DNA of 32,000 nt from Cupriavidus necator (GTDB lineage Bacteria; Pseudomonadota; Gammaproteobacteria; Burkholderiales; Burkholderiaceae), in assembly GCF_016127575.1 (NCBI RefSeq), contig NZ_CP066018.1, positions 720,001-752,000 on the forward strand, read 5' to 3'. The notes beneath the pieces were generated by a model. That model searched no databases. It worked only from the letters and a program-made list of their open reading frames with translations, and was not told where the DNA came from. A program made the translations under genes and the position numbers. Positions within the stretch are counted from its first letter, which is position 1. Every line of letters starts with the position of its first letter. Shown here piece after piece: positions 1-8,648 of the stretch.

Positions 1-40
1 GCGCCAGCCGGCGGCCGCCAGAATCGTGCCAGATCCGCCG

Positions 41-71
41 TGTTCGCGCATGTTAGCGCCCTGTTAGCGCC
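41..71. repeat. Three tandem imperfect direct repeats TGTT(C/A)GCGC(A/C) upstream of hemL
   Basis: Read directly: tgttcgcgca (41-50), tgttagcgcc (51-60), one spacer c, tgttagcgcc (62-71). About 110 bp upstream of the hemL ATG. Confidence 0.6.
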
Positions 72-179
72 TGATTGGCCGGTAATTGCAGCGAATTTCC
101 GCTGTTTTTGCCGCATGTCAACGATAAGTCCCGGGCCGCCGCACACGATCCCAGCAGTCCTTGTCCTCACCTCAACGCC

Positions 180-1472
<1,293 letters not shown>

Positions 1473-1483
1473 GGCCTTGCCAG

Positions 1484-1511
1484 GCAGGCGGCGCACCAGT
1501 GCGCCGCCTGC
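1484..1511 (+). terminator. GC-rich stem-loop 12 nt after the hemL stop (perfect 12-bp stem, 4-nt loop, no U-tract)
   Basis: GCAGGCGGCGCA (1484-1495) / ccag / TGCGCCGCCTGC (1500-1511) are exact reverse complements. No T-run follows, so it may be a U-tract-independent terminator or an RNA-stability element. Confidence 0.45.
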
Positions 1512-1572
1512 ACCTCTGGCGACAAGGGCGGTGCGCTACACTTGGGTTTTCGTCCAACCCGCGGAGTCTCCG

Positions 1573-2199
1573 ATGCGCGCTTCTTCGTCCCCCTCCTTGC
1601 CCGGCAGCTCGCCGATGCCGGTCTTGCGCTGGCTGCTGCTGGCGGTCATGGCCAGCCTGCTGTCCGCCTGCGGCTACAACGACTTCCAGGCCAAGGACGA
1701 GGCGGTCAAGGCAGCCTGGGGCGAAGTCATCAACCAGTACCAGCGCCGCGCCGACCTGATCCCGAACCTGGTCAACACGGTCAAGGGCTACGCCACGCAC
1801 GAGCGTGAGACCCTCGAGGCCGTGACCAAGGCGCGCGCCGCCGCCACCAGCATCCAGGTCTCGCCCGAGACCCTGAACGACCCCGAAGCCTTCAAGCGCT
1901 TCCAGCAGGCCCAGGGCGAGCTGTCCAGCGCGCTGTCGCGCCTGCTGGCGGTGTCCGAGAACTACCCGCAACTGAAGGCCGACGCCTCGTTCCGCGACCT
2001 GCAATCGCAGCTCGAGGGCACCGAGAACCGCATCACCGTGGCCCGCCAGCGCTATATCGCCGCCGTGCAGCAGTACAACGTGCTGGCGCGCAGCTTCCCG
2101 ACCAACCTGACGGCGATGATCTTCAAGTACCCGGTCAAGCCGTCGTTCACGGTGGACAACGAGAAAGCCATCTCCACGCCGCCCGCAGTCAAATTCTGA
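1573..2199 (+). CDS. lemA: LemA family protein (lipoprotein-type signal, LSAC lipobox)
   Basis: Frame of ORF 1396..2199. Start placed at the ATG at 1573, preceded by GGAG. The sequence ...LLAVMASLLSACGYNDFQ... followed by VNQYQRRADLIPNLV..., ENRI and ARQRYN is the typical LemA signature. Confidence 0.88.
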   Translation: MRASSSPSLPGSSPMPVLRWLLLAVMASLLSACGYNDFQAKDEAVKAAWGEVINQYQRRADLIPNLVNTVKGYATHERETLEAVTKARAAATSIQVSPETLNDPEAFKRFQQAQGELSSALSRLLAVSENYPQLKADASFRDLQSQLEGTENRITVARQRYIAAVQQYNVLARSFPTNLTAMIFKYPVKPSFTVDNEKAISTPPAVKF

Positions 2200-2212
2200 G
2201 GCGGGCCACTCC

Positions 2213-3073
2213 ATGGGCCACACCCCGCGCTCGCCCTGGCGGCACGCCTGGCTGGCGGCCGCCCTGCTCTGGCTGGCGGCATTGCTGGCCGGCCCGGCGC
2301 TGGCGGCAGACGGCTTCGTCGCGGTGCCGCCGCTGACCCAGCGCGTGACTGATCTGACCGGCACGCTGACGCCGCAGCAGCGCGGCGCGCTCGAGAACGT
2401 GCTGGCGGAATACGAGCAGCAGCGCGGTAGCCAGATCTTCGTGCTGATGGTGCCCACCACCGATCCAGAGCCGATCGATGCCTACAGCATCCGCGTGGCC
2501 GACGCCTGGCGCGCCGGGCGCAAGGGCATCGACGACGGCGTGATCGTGCTGATCGCCAAGGACAACCCGCCCGGGCTGCGCAAGATGCGGCTGGAGGTCG
2601 GGCGCGGCGTGCAAGGGTCTCTGACCGATGCCATGTCCAGGCGCATCCTGCAGGACGTGATGGCCCCGCACTTCCGCCAGAACGACTTCTACGGCGGGCT
2701 GGCGGCGGGGATCTCGGCGATCCAGGCCACCATCGACAAGGAAGGCCTGGCGGCACCGCAGCGCAAGGCGCAGCAATCGTCCGCGCTGGCCGAGTGGCTG
2801 CCGGCACTGCTGCCGCTGGCGATCATCGTGTTCTTCTTCCTCAGTGCCATCCTGCGCCGGCGCGGGCCGCAGATCGTCACCACCCGGCGCGGGCGCGACG
2901 TGATCGCCGGCGGCCTCGGCGGACTGGGCGGCTACACCATGGGGCAGGACTGGCGCCGCCGCGGCGGCTGGGGTGGTGGCGGAGGATTTGGCGGGGGCGG
3001 TGACAGCGGCGGCGGTTTTGGTGGCGGGGGCGGCGGCGGCTTCGACGGCGGCGGCGCCTCGGGCAACTGGTGA
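2213..3073 (+). CDS. TPM-domain protein (YgcG-like) with signal peptide, C-terminal TM and Gly-rich tail
   Basis: Signal peptide ending LAGPALA. TPM-like core (VTDLTGTL...IFVLMVPT...VIVLIAKD...EVGRG). A TM segment (LPALLPLAIIVFFFLSAIL) is followed by a GGWGGGGGFGGGGDSGGGFGGGGGGGFDGGG tail. Sits directly after lemA, as in the widespread LemA-TPM cassette. Confidence 0.85.
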   Translation: MGHTPRSPWRHAWLAAALLWLAALLAGPALAADGFVAVPPLTQRVTDLTGTLTPQQRGALENVLAEYEQQRGSQIFVLMVPTTDPEPIDAYSIRVADAWRAGRKGIDDGVIVLIAKDNPPGLRKMRLEVGRGVQGSLTDAMSRRILQDVMAPHFRQNDFYGGLAAGISAIQATIDKEGLAAPQRKAQQSSALAEWLPALLPLAIIVFFFLSAILRRRGPQIVTTRRGRDVIAGGLGGLGGYTMGQDWRRRGGWGGGGGFGGGGDSGGGFGGGGGGGFDGGGASGNW

Positions 3074-3093
3074 CAGCACAAGGAACGAAGACA

Positions 3094-3597
3094 ATGCCGA
3101 ATCTCCGACGTGCCCTGCACCATATCGCCACCACGGCCAGCGCAGCCCGCAAGCACTTTCCAGCCGAAGCCCAGCAGCAGCTGCATGCAGCCGTGCATGC
3201 CGGCGAAGCCAGCCACCGCGGCGAGATCCGCGTGGTGATCGAAGCCAGCCTGCCGGTGGGCGATGCCTGGTCCGGCGTCACGCCGCGCGAGCGCGCCCGC
3301 TTCCTGTTTGGCGCGCTCGAGGTCTGGAACACCGCGGACCATACCGGCGTGCTGCTCTATATCAACCTGGCCGACCATGCGGTCGAGCTGCTCGCCGACC
3401 GCGGCATCGACGCCAGCGTGGGGCCCGCCACCTGGCGCGAGCTGTGCGACGAACTGGTGCTGGGACTCAGACAGGACCTGTCGGTACGGCCGGTGCTGGC
3501 CACCGTGGCGAGCATCCATGCACTGCTGGCCACGCACTTCCCCTCCGACGGCGGGCACAACCCGAACGAGCTGGACGACCGTCCGGTCTTTCTCTAG
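3094..3597 (+). CDS. Second TPM-domain family protein of the LemA cassette
   Basis: Frame of ORF 3070..3597. The ATG at 3094 has AAGGAA 8 nt upstream. An alternative GTG at 3070 overlaps the preceding stop (GTGA). The core EIRVVIEASLP...HTGVLLYINLADHAVELLADRGI fits the short cytoplasmic TPM/DUF477-like partner. Confidence 0.75.
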   Translation: MPNLRRALHHIATTASAARKHFPAEAQQQLHAAVHAGEASHRGEIRVVIEASLPVGDAWSGVTPRERARFLFGALEVWNTADHTGVLLYINLADHAVELLADRGIDASVGPATWRELCDELVLGLRQDLSVRPVLATVASIHALLATHFPSDGGHNPNELDDRPVFL

Positions 3598-3606
3598 CCG
3601 ACCGGC

Positions 3607-4896
3607 TCAGCGGGCGGCAGCCGCCTCGCGGCGGGCGCGCCGCCCGCCCATCGCGTACCACACCGCCGCCAGCGCCTGCAGCGCCACCAGCACGGCCCAC
3701 GCCGTCAGGTGCGCCTCCTTCGGGTAATGGCCACCAATAACGGGCCACAGGTCCAGTACGAAGCCGATACCCACCTGGCAGGCAAAGGTCGACAGGAACA
3801 CGGTCAGCGTCAGCGCCGTGGTAGCCCTTCCGATCAGCGCATCCGGGAAGCTGCGCGCCAGCACCGCATAGGTCAGGATGCCGCTGGAGCCGAACACGCC
3901 ATAAGCCACCCACAGCAGCACCGGCGGCAGCGGGACCTGCGCCATCAGCAGCAGCTGGACCATGATAAAGGCGGTCATGCCAGTGCCGGCAAAGGCATAC
4001 AGGCTTACGCCGATACGCTCCAGGTGGCGCGCGGCCCAGCCCGCGCCGACGCAGCCGGCCATCATCGCGAAGCCGATCACCGAGACCAGTTGTGCGCTGC
4101 TGGCTGGATCGAAGCCGGGCACGTCGCGCAGGAACGCACCCACCCATAGCGTCTGCACCGCCATGAACACGCCCTGGTTGAGCAGTGTCAGCGGCACCAC
4201 GCGCCAGAAACGTTCGCTGACCAGGATCTGGCGCGTGCCGCGCAGTTGTTCGCGCAGGCTTTCCTTGCCGGCGCGCGGCTTGTCCGGCACGCCGAACCAC
4301 AGCAGCACCGCCATCGCCAGCGATATGCAGGTCAGCCCCATGCTGACCGTGCGCCAGTCAGTCAATGACAGCAGCCACGACAGCGGCGCGCCGACCAGCA
4401 CCGCGCCCAGGCCGCCGATGGCCATCACCACACCGTTGAGCAAGGGCATGCGCGACAGCGGGAACCACATCGACAGCGCCTGGATGGTGGCGCCCAGGCA
4501 CACCGACACGCCTACCCCGATCAGCAGCCGGCCGGCGGCCAGCCCGCCCATGCCGGGCGCCAGCGCGAACACCATCGAACCGGCCACCGCCACCAGCAGC
4601 ATCACGGCCTCGGTGCGGCGCGGGCCGTAGCGGTCCAGCAGGATTCCCGCAGGCAACTGGGCGCAGGCGAAGCCGAGGAAGTAGAAGCTGGTGAGCAGGC
4701 CCAGGTCGCCGGCATTGAGCCCGAGCTCGCGCGTCAGGTTCGGCGCAAAGCCCAGGTTGACGCCGCGGAACAGATAGGACACCAGGAAGCCCAGCGAGAA
4801 TACCGCCAGCACGCGCCAGCGGGCGCCGGCAGCAGCACCAGGGGCAAATCGCGCTTGCGAGGGCGCGGAAGACAAGTTTGAAGTCGTAGTCGTCAT
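3607..4896 (-). CDS. MFS transporter
   Basis: C-terminal 429 aa of the 790-aa minus-strand ORF. Start at MTTTTSNLSS (complement of cat at 4894-4896). About 12 hydrophobic segments are visible, with MFS loop motifs (LLDRYGPRR). The upstream part of that ORF is antisense to the LysR gene and is not coding. Confidence 0.88.
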   Translation of the reverse strand: MTTTTSNLSSAPSQARFAPGAAAGARWRVLAVFSLGFLVSYLFRGVNLGFAPNLTRELGLNAGDLGLLTSFYFLGFACAQLPAGILLDRYGPRRTEAVMLLVAVAGSMVFALAPGMGGLAAGRLLIGVGVSVCLGATIQALSMWFPLSRMPLLNGVVMAIGGLGAVLVGAPLSWLLSLTDWRTVSMGLTCISLAMAVLLWFGVPDKPRAGKESLREQLRGTRQILVSERFWRVVPLTLLNQGVFMAVQTLWVGAFLRDVPGFDPASSAQLVSVIGFAMMAGCVGAGWAARHLERIGVSLYAFAGTGMTAFIMVQLLLMAQVPLPPVLLWVAYGVFGSSGILTYAVLARSFPDALIGRATTALTLTVFLSTFACQVGIGFVLDLWPVIGGHYPKEAHLTAWAVLVALQALAAVWYAMGGRRARREAAAAR

Positions 4897-4968
4897 GATG
4901 GCCCGAATTGTCGTTCCTCCGGCAAACCAAAGCCAACGAAAGATACCCGCGGCAATTGTGAGTAGAAT

Positions 4969-5952
4969 TTGACGGCCATGGCCAAATCCCCCGCCAAACC
5001 CGCCCAACGCCCCGTCCACCTGCCGCCGCTGCAAGCGCTGCGTGCGCTCGAGGCCGCCACGCGCCACCGCAGCTTCTCGCGCGCGGCCGAGGAACTGGCC
5101 CTGACGCACAGCGCCATCAGCCACCATATCCGCGCGCTCGAGACCAGCCTGGGCACCAAGCTGTTCCAGCGCACCGGCAGCCAGATGACCCCCACCAGCG
5201 TGGGCGCGCGGCTGGCGGAACAGGTGCGCGGCGCGCTCGACAGTATCGAAAGCGCGCTGCGCGAGGCCGGCAACAGCGCCGCGCCGCCGGTAACACGGCT
5301 GCAGGTCAGCGTGATGGCCGATCTGGCCAATGCCTGGCTGATCCGGCGCCTGCCCAGCCTGCACGCCCAGGTGCCGTCGCTGGACCTGCACCTGCGGCTG
5401 CATGCGGAGATCACGCCGCCCGACCCGTACAGCGTCGATGTCGGCATCTGGCACCAGCGCATCGACCTGCCCGGTTTTGAATGCCACAACCTGATCGAGG
5501 ACCATGTGATCGCGGTGGCCAGCCCGGCGCTGCTGGCGCGCTACCCCGGCTTCACGCTGGCCGACGTGCCGCGCATGCCGATGCTGCGCTTTGCGTTGCG
5601 CCCGTGGCGCGACTGGCTCGAAGCCGCCGGCCTGCCAGGCGACGAGCCCGAACGCGGCCCGATCTTCCAGGATGCCGGCCTGATGCTGCAATCGGCCGTC
5701 GCCGGGCTCGGCGTAGCCACTGCGCGCGCCCAGCTGGCGCACGATTACCTGGCCAGCGGCGAACTGGTGCAGATCGGGCCCACCCGCATCCCGTCCAGCC
5801 TCCATTACTGGGTCACCTGGCGCGAAGGCAATCCGCGCGAGAAGGCCATCCAGCAGTTCCATGCCTGGCTGGAGGAACAGGTCCGGCAGGAAGCCGGCCA
5901 CGTCCACCCTGGCGCCGACGGCAGCACGCCCGCCAAGCGGTTTCATGCATGA
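4969..5952 (+). CDS. LysR-family transcriptional regulator (GcvA-like), divergent from the MFS gene
   Basis: N-terminal HTH LPPLQALRALEAATRHRSFSRAAEELALTHSAISHHIRALE, followed by a LysR substrate-binding domain. Classic divergent LysR/target arrangement with a 72-bp intergenic region. Confidence 0.92.
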   Translation: MTAMAKSPAKPAQRPVHLPPLQALRALEAATRHRSFSRAAEELALTHSAISHHIRALETSLGTKLFQRTGSQMTPTSVGARLAEQVRGALDSIESALREAGNSAAPPVTRLQVSVMADLANAWLIRRLPSLHAQVPSLDLHLRLHAEITPPDPYSVDVGIWHQRIDLPGFECHNLIEDHVIAVASPALLARYPGFTLADVPRMPMLRFALRPWRDWLEAAGLPGDEPERGPIFQDAGLMLQSAVAGLGVATARAQLAHDYLASGELVQIGPTRIPSSLHYWVTWREGNPREKAIQQFHAWLEEQVRQEAGHVHPGADGSTPAKRFHA

Positions 5953-6012
5953 AATTGTTTGAGGCGCAGATGTTGGCAATACGAATCATTTTCGTCTAGA
6001 CCAGTGAAATCA

Positions 6013-6038
6013 AGGGCTTGGCGGGTGCCGCAAGCCCT
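6013..6038. other. Stem-loop 60 nt after the LysR stop (8-bp stem, 10-nt loop); strand of action ambiguous
   Basis: AGGGCTTG (6013-6020) and CAAGCCCT (6031-6038) are exact reverse complements. On the minus strand it would be followed by TTGATTTCAC. No T-run follows on the plus strand. Confidence 0.35.
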
Positions 6039-6496
6039 GCGATGGCCTGCCGTACGCGGTGCCGCGGCGTTGCCAGAGCGGTCCGAGTTTCACCAATGCA
6101 ACCAGATCGCACACCGTGCCAGCGTCCGTGAAAAATCTACCCGCCCCATCCAAAGAGATGAGATACGGCCGGGCCCGCCCGGCGCCGCATCGTGCAAACG
6201 CTTGTCAACGCGTCGATTCCGTCCACCCAACCGCGCCCGCAACCGCGTGCGCGGCGCCAAAAGGCTGAAGACAACCGCGGCACGCCGGGGTGGCTACCGA
6301 GGTACAGAGTTCAAAACGTTGTAACGGAAATGAAACTACCTGGCAGCTTCATTCGCGTGCTGCATTCGAGCCCTGACACCTGTCCGTTTGAAATTTTGCT
6401 CTCCCTCCTTCGGATGGGCATTGCCGGTGAAAAGTAGGCTTGTCGACACTCGCTTGCCACGCACTGTGATCCATGCGCCTAATTACCCGCTCGCCG

Positions 6497-6512
6497 AATG
6501 CTGCGCTGCAAT
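6497..6512 (+). promoter_or_regulatory. Imperfect 16-bp palindrome, candidate enhancer (UAS) for the sigma-54 promoter at 6624
   Basis: aatgctgcgctgcaat: 6 of 8 positions per half-site are self-complementary (TGC-N-GC|GC-N-GCA). The centre is ~145 bp upstream of the predicted start site, a typical bEBP enhancer distance. Confidence 0.3.
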
Positions 6513-6602
6513 ATAGAAATCCCGCCAGATGTATCAGAAGCGGAACGTTATTGATCGCCAGCAATTGCCCAAGGCCAGCCGAAAATTTCCTTTTCCTTTT
6601 GT

Positions 6603-6615
6603 TATCAAAGGATTA
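6603..6615 (+). promoter_or_regulatory. IHF consensus match (WATCAANNNNTTR) within an A/T-rich tract
   Basis: TATCAAaggaTTA fits every specified position and is preceded by gaaaatttccttttccttttgt. It lies only ~16 bp upstream of the -24 GG, closer than most characterised IHF sites at sigma-54 promoters. Confidence 0.35.
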
Positions 6616-6623
6616 GCCATATC

Positions 6624-6639
6624 TGGCACGTTCGTCGCA
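6624..6639 (+). promoter_or_regulatory. Sigma-54 (-24/-12) promoter candidate
   Basis: TGGCACGttcgTCGCA compared with the consensus TGGCACG-N4-TTGCW. It matches 7/7 at -24 and 4/5 at -12, with the exact GG-N10-GC spacing (G6625 to G6637 = 12). Confidence 0.6.
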
Positions 6640-7245
6640 CATATGTCCGCGCGAACAGAAGCCCGGAACAGGGGGACGTCTGAAACCGAAGCGGCAACAC
6701 ACTGGCACGGGTTCGCCGAAGATCAGTTTCAGGACGACCCCGCATCCCAGGGCGGGATTCGGACTGGCGCTGTAAGCGTGGGCCACGCGGCAGGAACTGG
6801 TCCGCATCGGCTGGCCAGGTGCAGGGGTCGTCGACAAGATTAGCGGAGGTCGTTCAGGAACACGGGCCGCAAGCGGACGAAAAGCGGCCCGTGGTACCTG
6901 GACTATGCGGCACGCCACGGCTGACCGGGGCGGCACGCAGACAACAAGCGGACGCATCGGCCGAGCCGGCGCATCCGGACAAGAAACGGGGTGAAGCAAC
7001 AGCCTGCCATGCAGGCGATGCGAAGCGGCAGCCGCCGCGACCGATGCCAGGGAGGCGAGGTCGCGGCGGCGGCGAAAACGGGCCCACCGGCCCGCGCAAC
7101 GCAGCGCCGCGGGCAGCAATTTTGGGAGAGCGCCAGGCCGTGGCATTGACATGTTGCGGCAGGCGCAAGCCTTAGAGCCAACGAAACCAGTGACCCGCAA
7201 CAGCAGGCCACCGGCTTTGTAAAAGCAAAAGATCCGGGGAAATTT

Positions 7246-8622
7246 ATGAGCGCGTACACCAACCGCCCGCTGCTGTACCTGTCGCAGCACCACGACGCCA
7301 TGCTCTGCAGGATGCTCGCACAGCGTGGCTGGAAGATCAGCTTCGCCTCCAACCTGCAAGACCTCCACGCGCTACCCCCGGGCAACCAGCCGCTTGCGGC
7401 GATGCTCGACCTGCAAGGCGGCTTCAGCGATGCCGACCTGGAATCGTTCGAGCCCTGGCTCTCGCTGCCGCATATCGGCTGGATCGGCATCATCGCCGGC
7501 CAGGAGTCCCTGACCGAATCCGCGCGCCGGCTGCTGGGCCTGTACTTCGTCGACTATTACACCGCACCGGTCCAGCACCCTCGCCTGGCGGAATCGCTCG
7601 GCCACGCGCTCGGCATGGCGCAACTGCGCCCGGGCGCGCAGCATGCCCGCCCCGGCACCGCACGCCCGGACGGCATGATCGGCAGCTGCCCGGCCATGCA
7701 ATCGCTCTTCCGCGGTATCGAGAAGGTGTCGCGCTGGGACACACCCGTGCTGATCTCCGGCGAGTCCGGCACCGGCAAGGAACTGGCCGCTCATGCCATC
7801 CACCGCGCTTCGGAGCGGGCCTCGCGCCCCTTCGTCGCGGTCAACTGCGCGGCGATCCCGCCCACGCTGCTGATGTCAGAGCTGTTCGGCTATGAGCGCG
7901 GCGCCTTCACCGGCGCGACCAAGCGCAAGCCCGGCCGCATCGAGATGGCACAGGGCGGCACCCTGTTCCTGGATGAAATCGGCGACATGCCGATCGAAAG
8001 CCAGACCAGCCTGCTGCGCTTCCTGGAAACCGGCCGCATCGAGCGGCTGGGCGGCACGGAATCGGTGGAGGTCGATGTGCGCATCATCTCCGCCACCCAT
8101 GTCGACCTGGAAGCCGCGATCGCCGCCGAACGCTTCCGCGGCGACCTCTACCACCGGCTGTGCGTGCTGCGCGTGCGCCAGCCACCGCTGCGCGAACGCG
8201 GCAGCGACATCCTGCTGATCGCCGAACACGTGCTGGACAACGTGCGCAAGCAGTCGCCGGCACGCATCCGCGGCTTCTCGCCGATGGCGCTGCGCGCGAT
8301 CCAGCAGCACAACTGGCCCGGCAACGTGCGCGAGCTGATCAACCGCATCCGCCACGCCGCCGCCATGTGCGAAGACGGCGTGATCCAGCCCGACGACCTG
8401 GAGCTGGCCACCCCCGCCGACGACCGCCCGCTCACGCTCGCGGCCATCCGCGAAGCGGCCGAGCAGACCGCGATCGTCGAGGCGCTGCAGCGGCATCATG
8501 AACGGCTGATTGACGTGGCGGCAGAGCTGGGGATTTCGCGGGTGACGCTGTTCAGGTTGATGCGGGATTACAAGCTGCAGGTGAAGAAGGGGGACCTGGG
8601 GTTGATCTGCGTGCAGGGCTAG
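7246..8622 (+). CDS. Sigma-54-dependent Fis-family transcriptional activator (bEBP) with a degenerate receiver-like N-domain
   Basis: AAA+ sigma-54 interaction domain with Walker A GESGTGKE and an intact GAFTGA loop (ELFGYERGAFTGA). C-terminal Fis-type HTH (AAELGISRVTLFRLMRDY). GGGGA sits 5 nt upstream of the ATG. Confidence 0.93.
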   Translation: MSAYTNRPLLYLSQHHDAMLCRMLAQRGWKISFASNLQDLHALPPGNQPLAAMLDLQGGFSDADLESFEPWLSLPHIGWIGIIAGQESLTESARRLLGLYFVDYYTAPVQHPRLAESLGHALGMAQLRPGAQHARPGTARPDGMIGSCPAMQSLFRGIEKVSRWDTPVLISGESGTGKELAAHAIHRASERASRPFVAVNCAAIPPTLLMSELFGYERGAFTGATKRKPGRIEMAQGGTLFLDEIGDMPIESQTSLLRFLETGRIERLGGTESVEVDVRIISATHVDLEAAIAAERFRGDLYHRLCVLRVRQPPLRERGSDILLIAEHVLDNVRKQSPARIRGFSPMALRAIQQHNWPGNVRELINRIRHAAAMCEDGVIQPDDLELATPADDRPLTLAAIREAAEQTAIVEALQRHHERLIDVAAELGISRVTLFRLMRDYKLQVKKGDLGLICVQG

Positions 8623-8648
8623 CCGATCCATCGCGGAGGAAGCGACCG

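Noticed and set aside
75-179. 35-codon N-terminal extension of hemL in the track ORF
   Set aside because: The HemL family N-terminus aligns from MSRNQQLF (ATG at 180). The upstream residues ([18 protein letters not shown]...) have no counterpart and lie in the promoter and repeat region.
4897-5979. N-terminal 360 aa of the 790-aa minus-strand ORF 3607..5979
   Set aside because: This part is antisense to the LysR regulator gene. The MFS transporter begins at MTTTTSN (4896), where the hydrophobic segments start. The long ORF is a fusion of a real gene with an open antisense frame.
6702-6716. Second TGGCACG motif (TGGCACGggttCGCC), 78 bp downstream of the strong sigma-54 site
   Set aside because: The GG-to-GC spacing is one nucleotide short of the invariant sigma-54 spacing, and there is no TTGC-like -12 element.
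7146-7177. Perfect -35 hexamer TTGACA ~95 nt upstream of the bEBP ATG
   Set aside because: No acceptable -10 hexamer lies at 16-19 nt spacing (GCCTTA, CCTTAG, CTTAGA), so I do not call a sigma-70 promoter.
6613-7493. Minus-strand ORFs 6613..7368 (251 aa) and 6903..7493 (196 aa), plus several plus-strand ORFs, in the 5953-7245 gap
   Set aside because: They mutually overlap, have Arg/Pro/Ala/Cys-rich composition and no RBS or family signature, and two run into the bEBP gene antisense. The region is treated as non-coding. A decayed pseudogene cannot be excluded without BLASTX.
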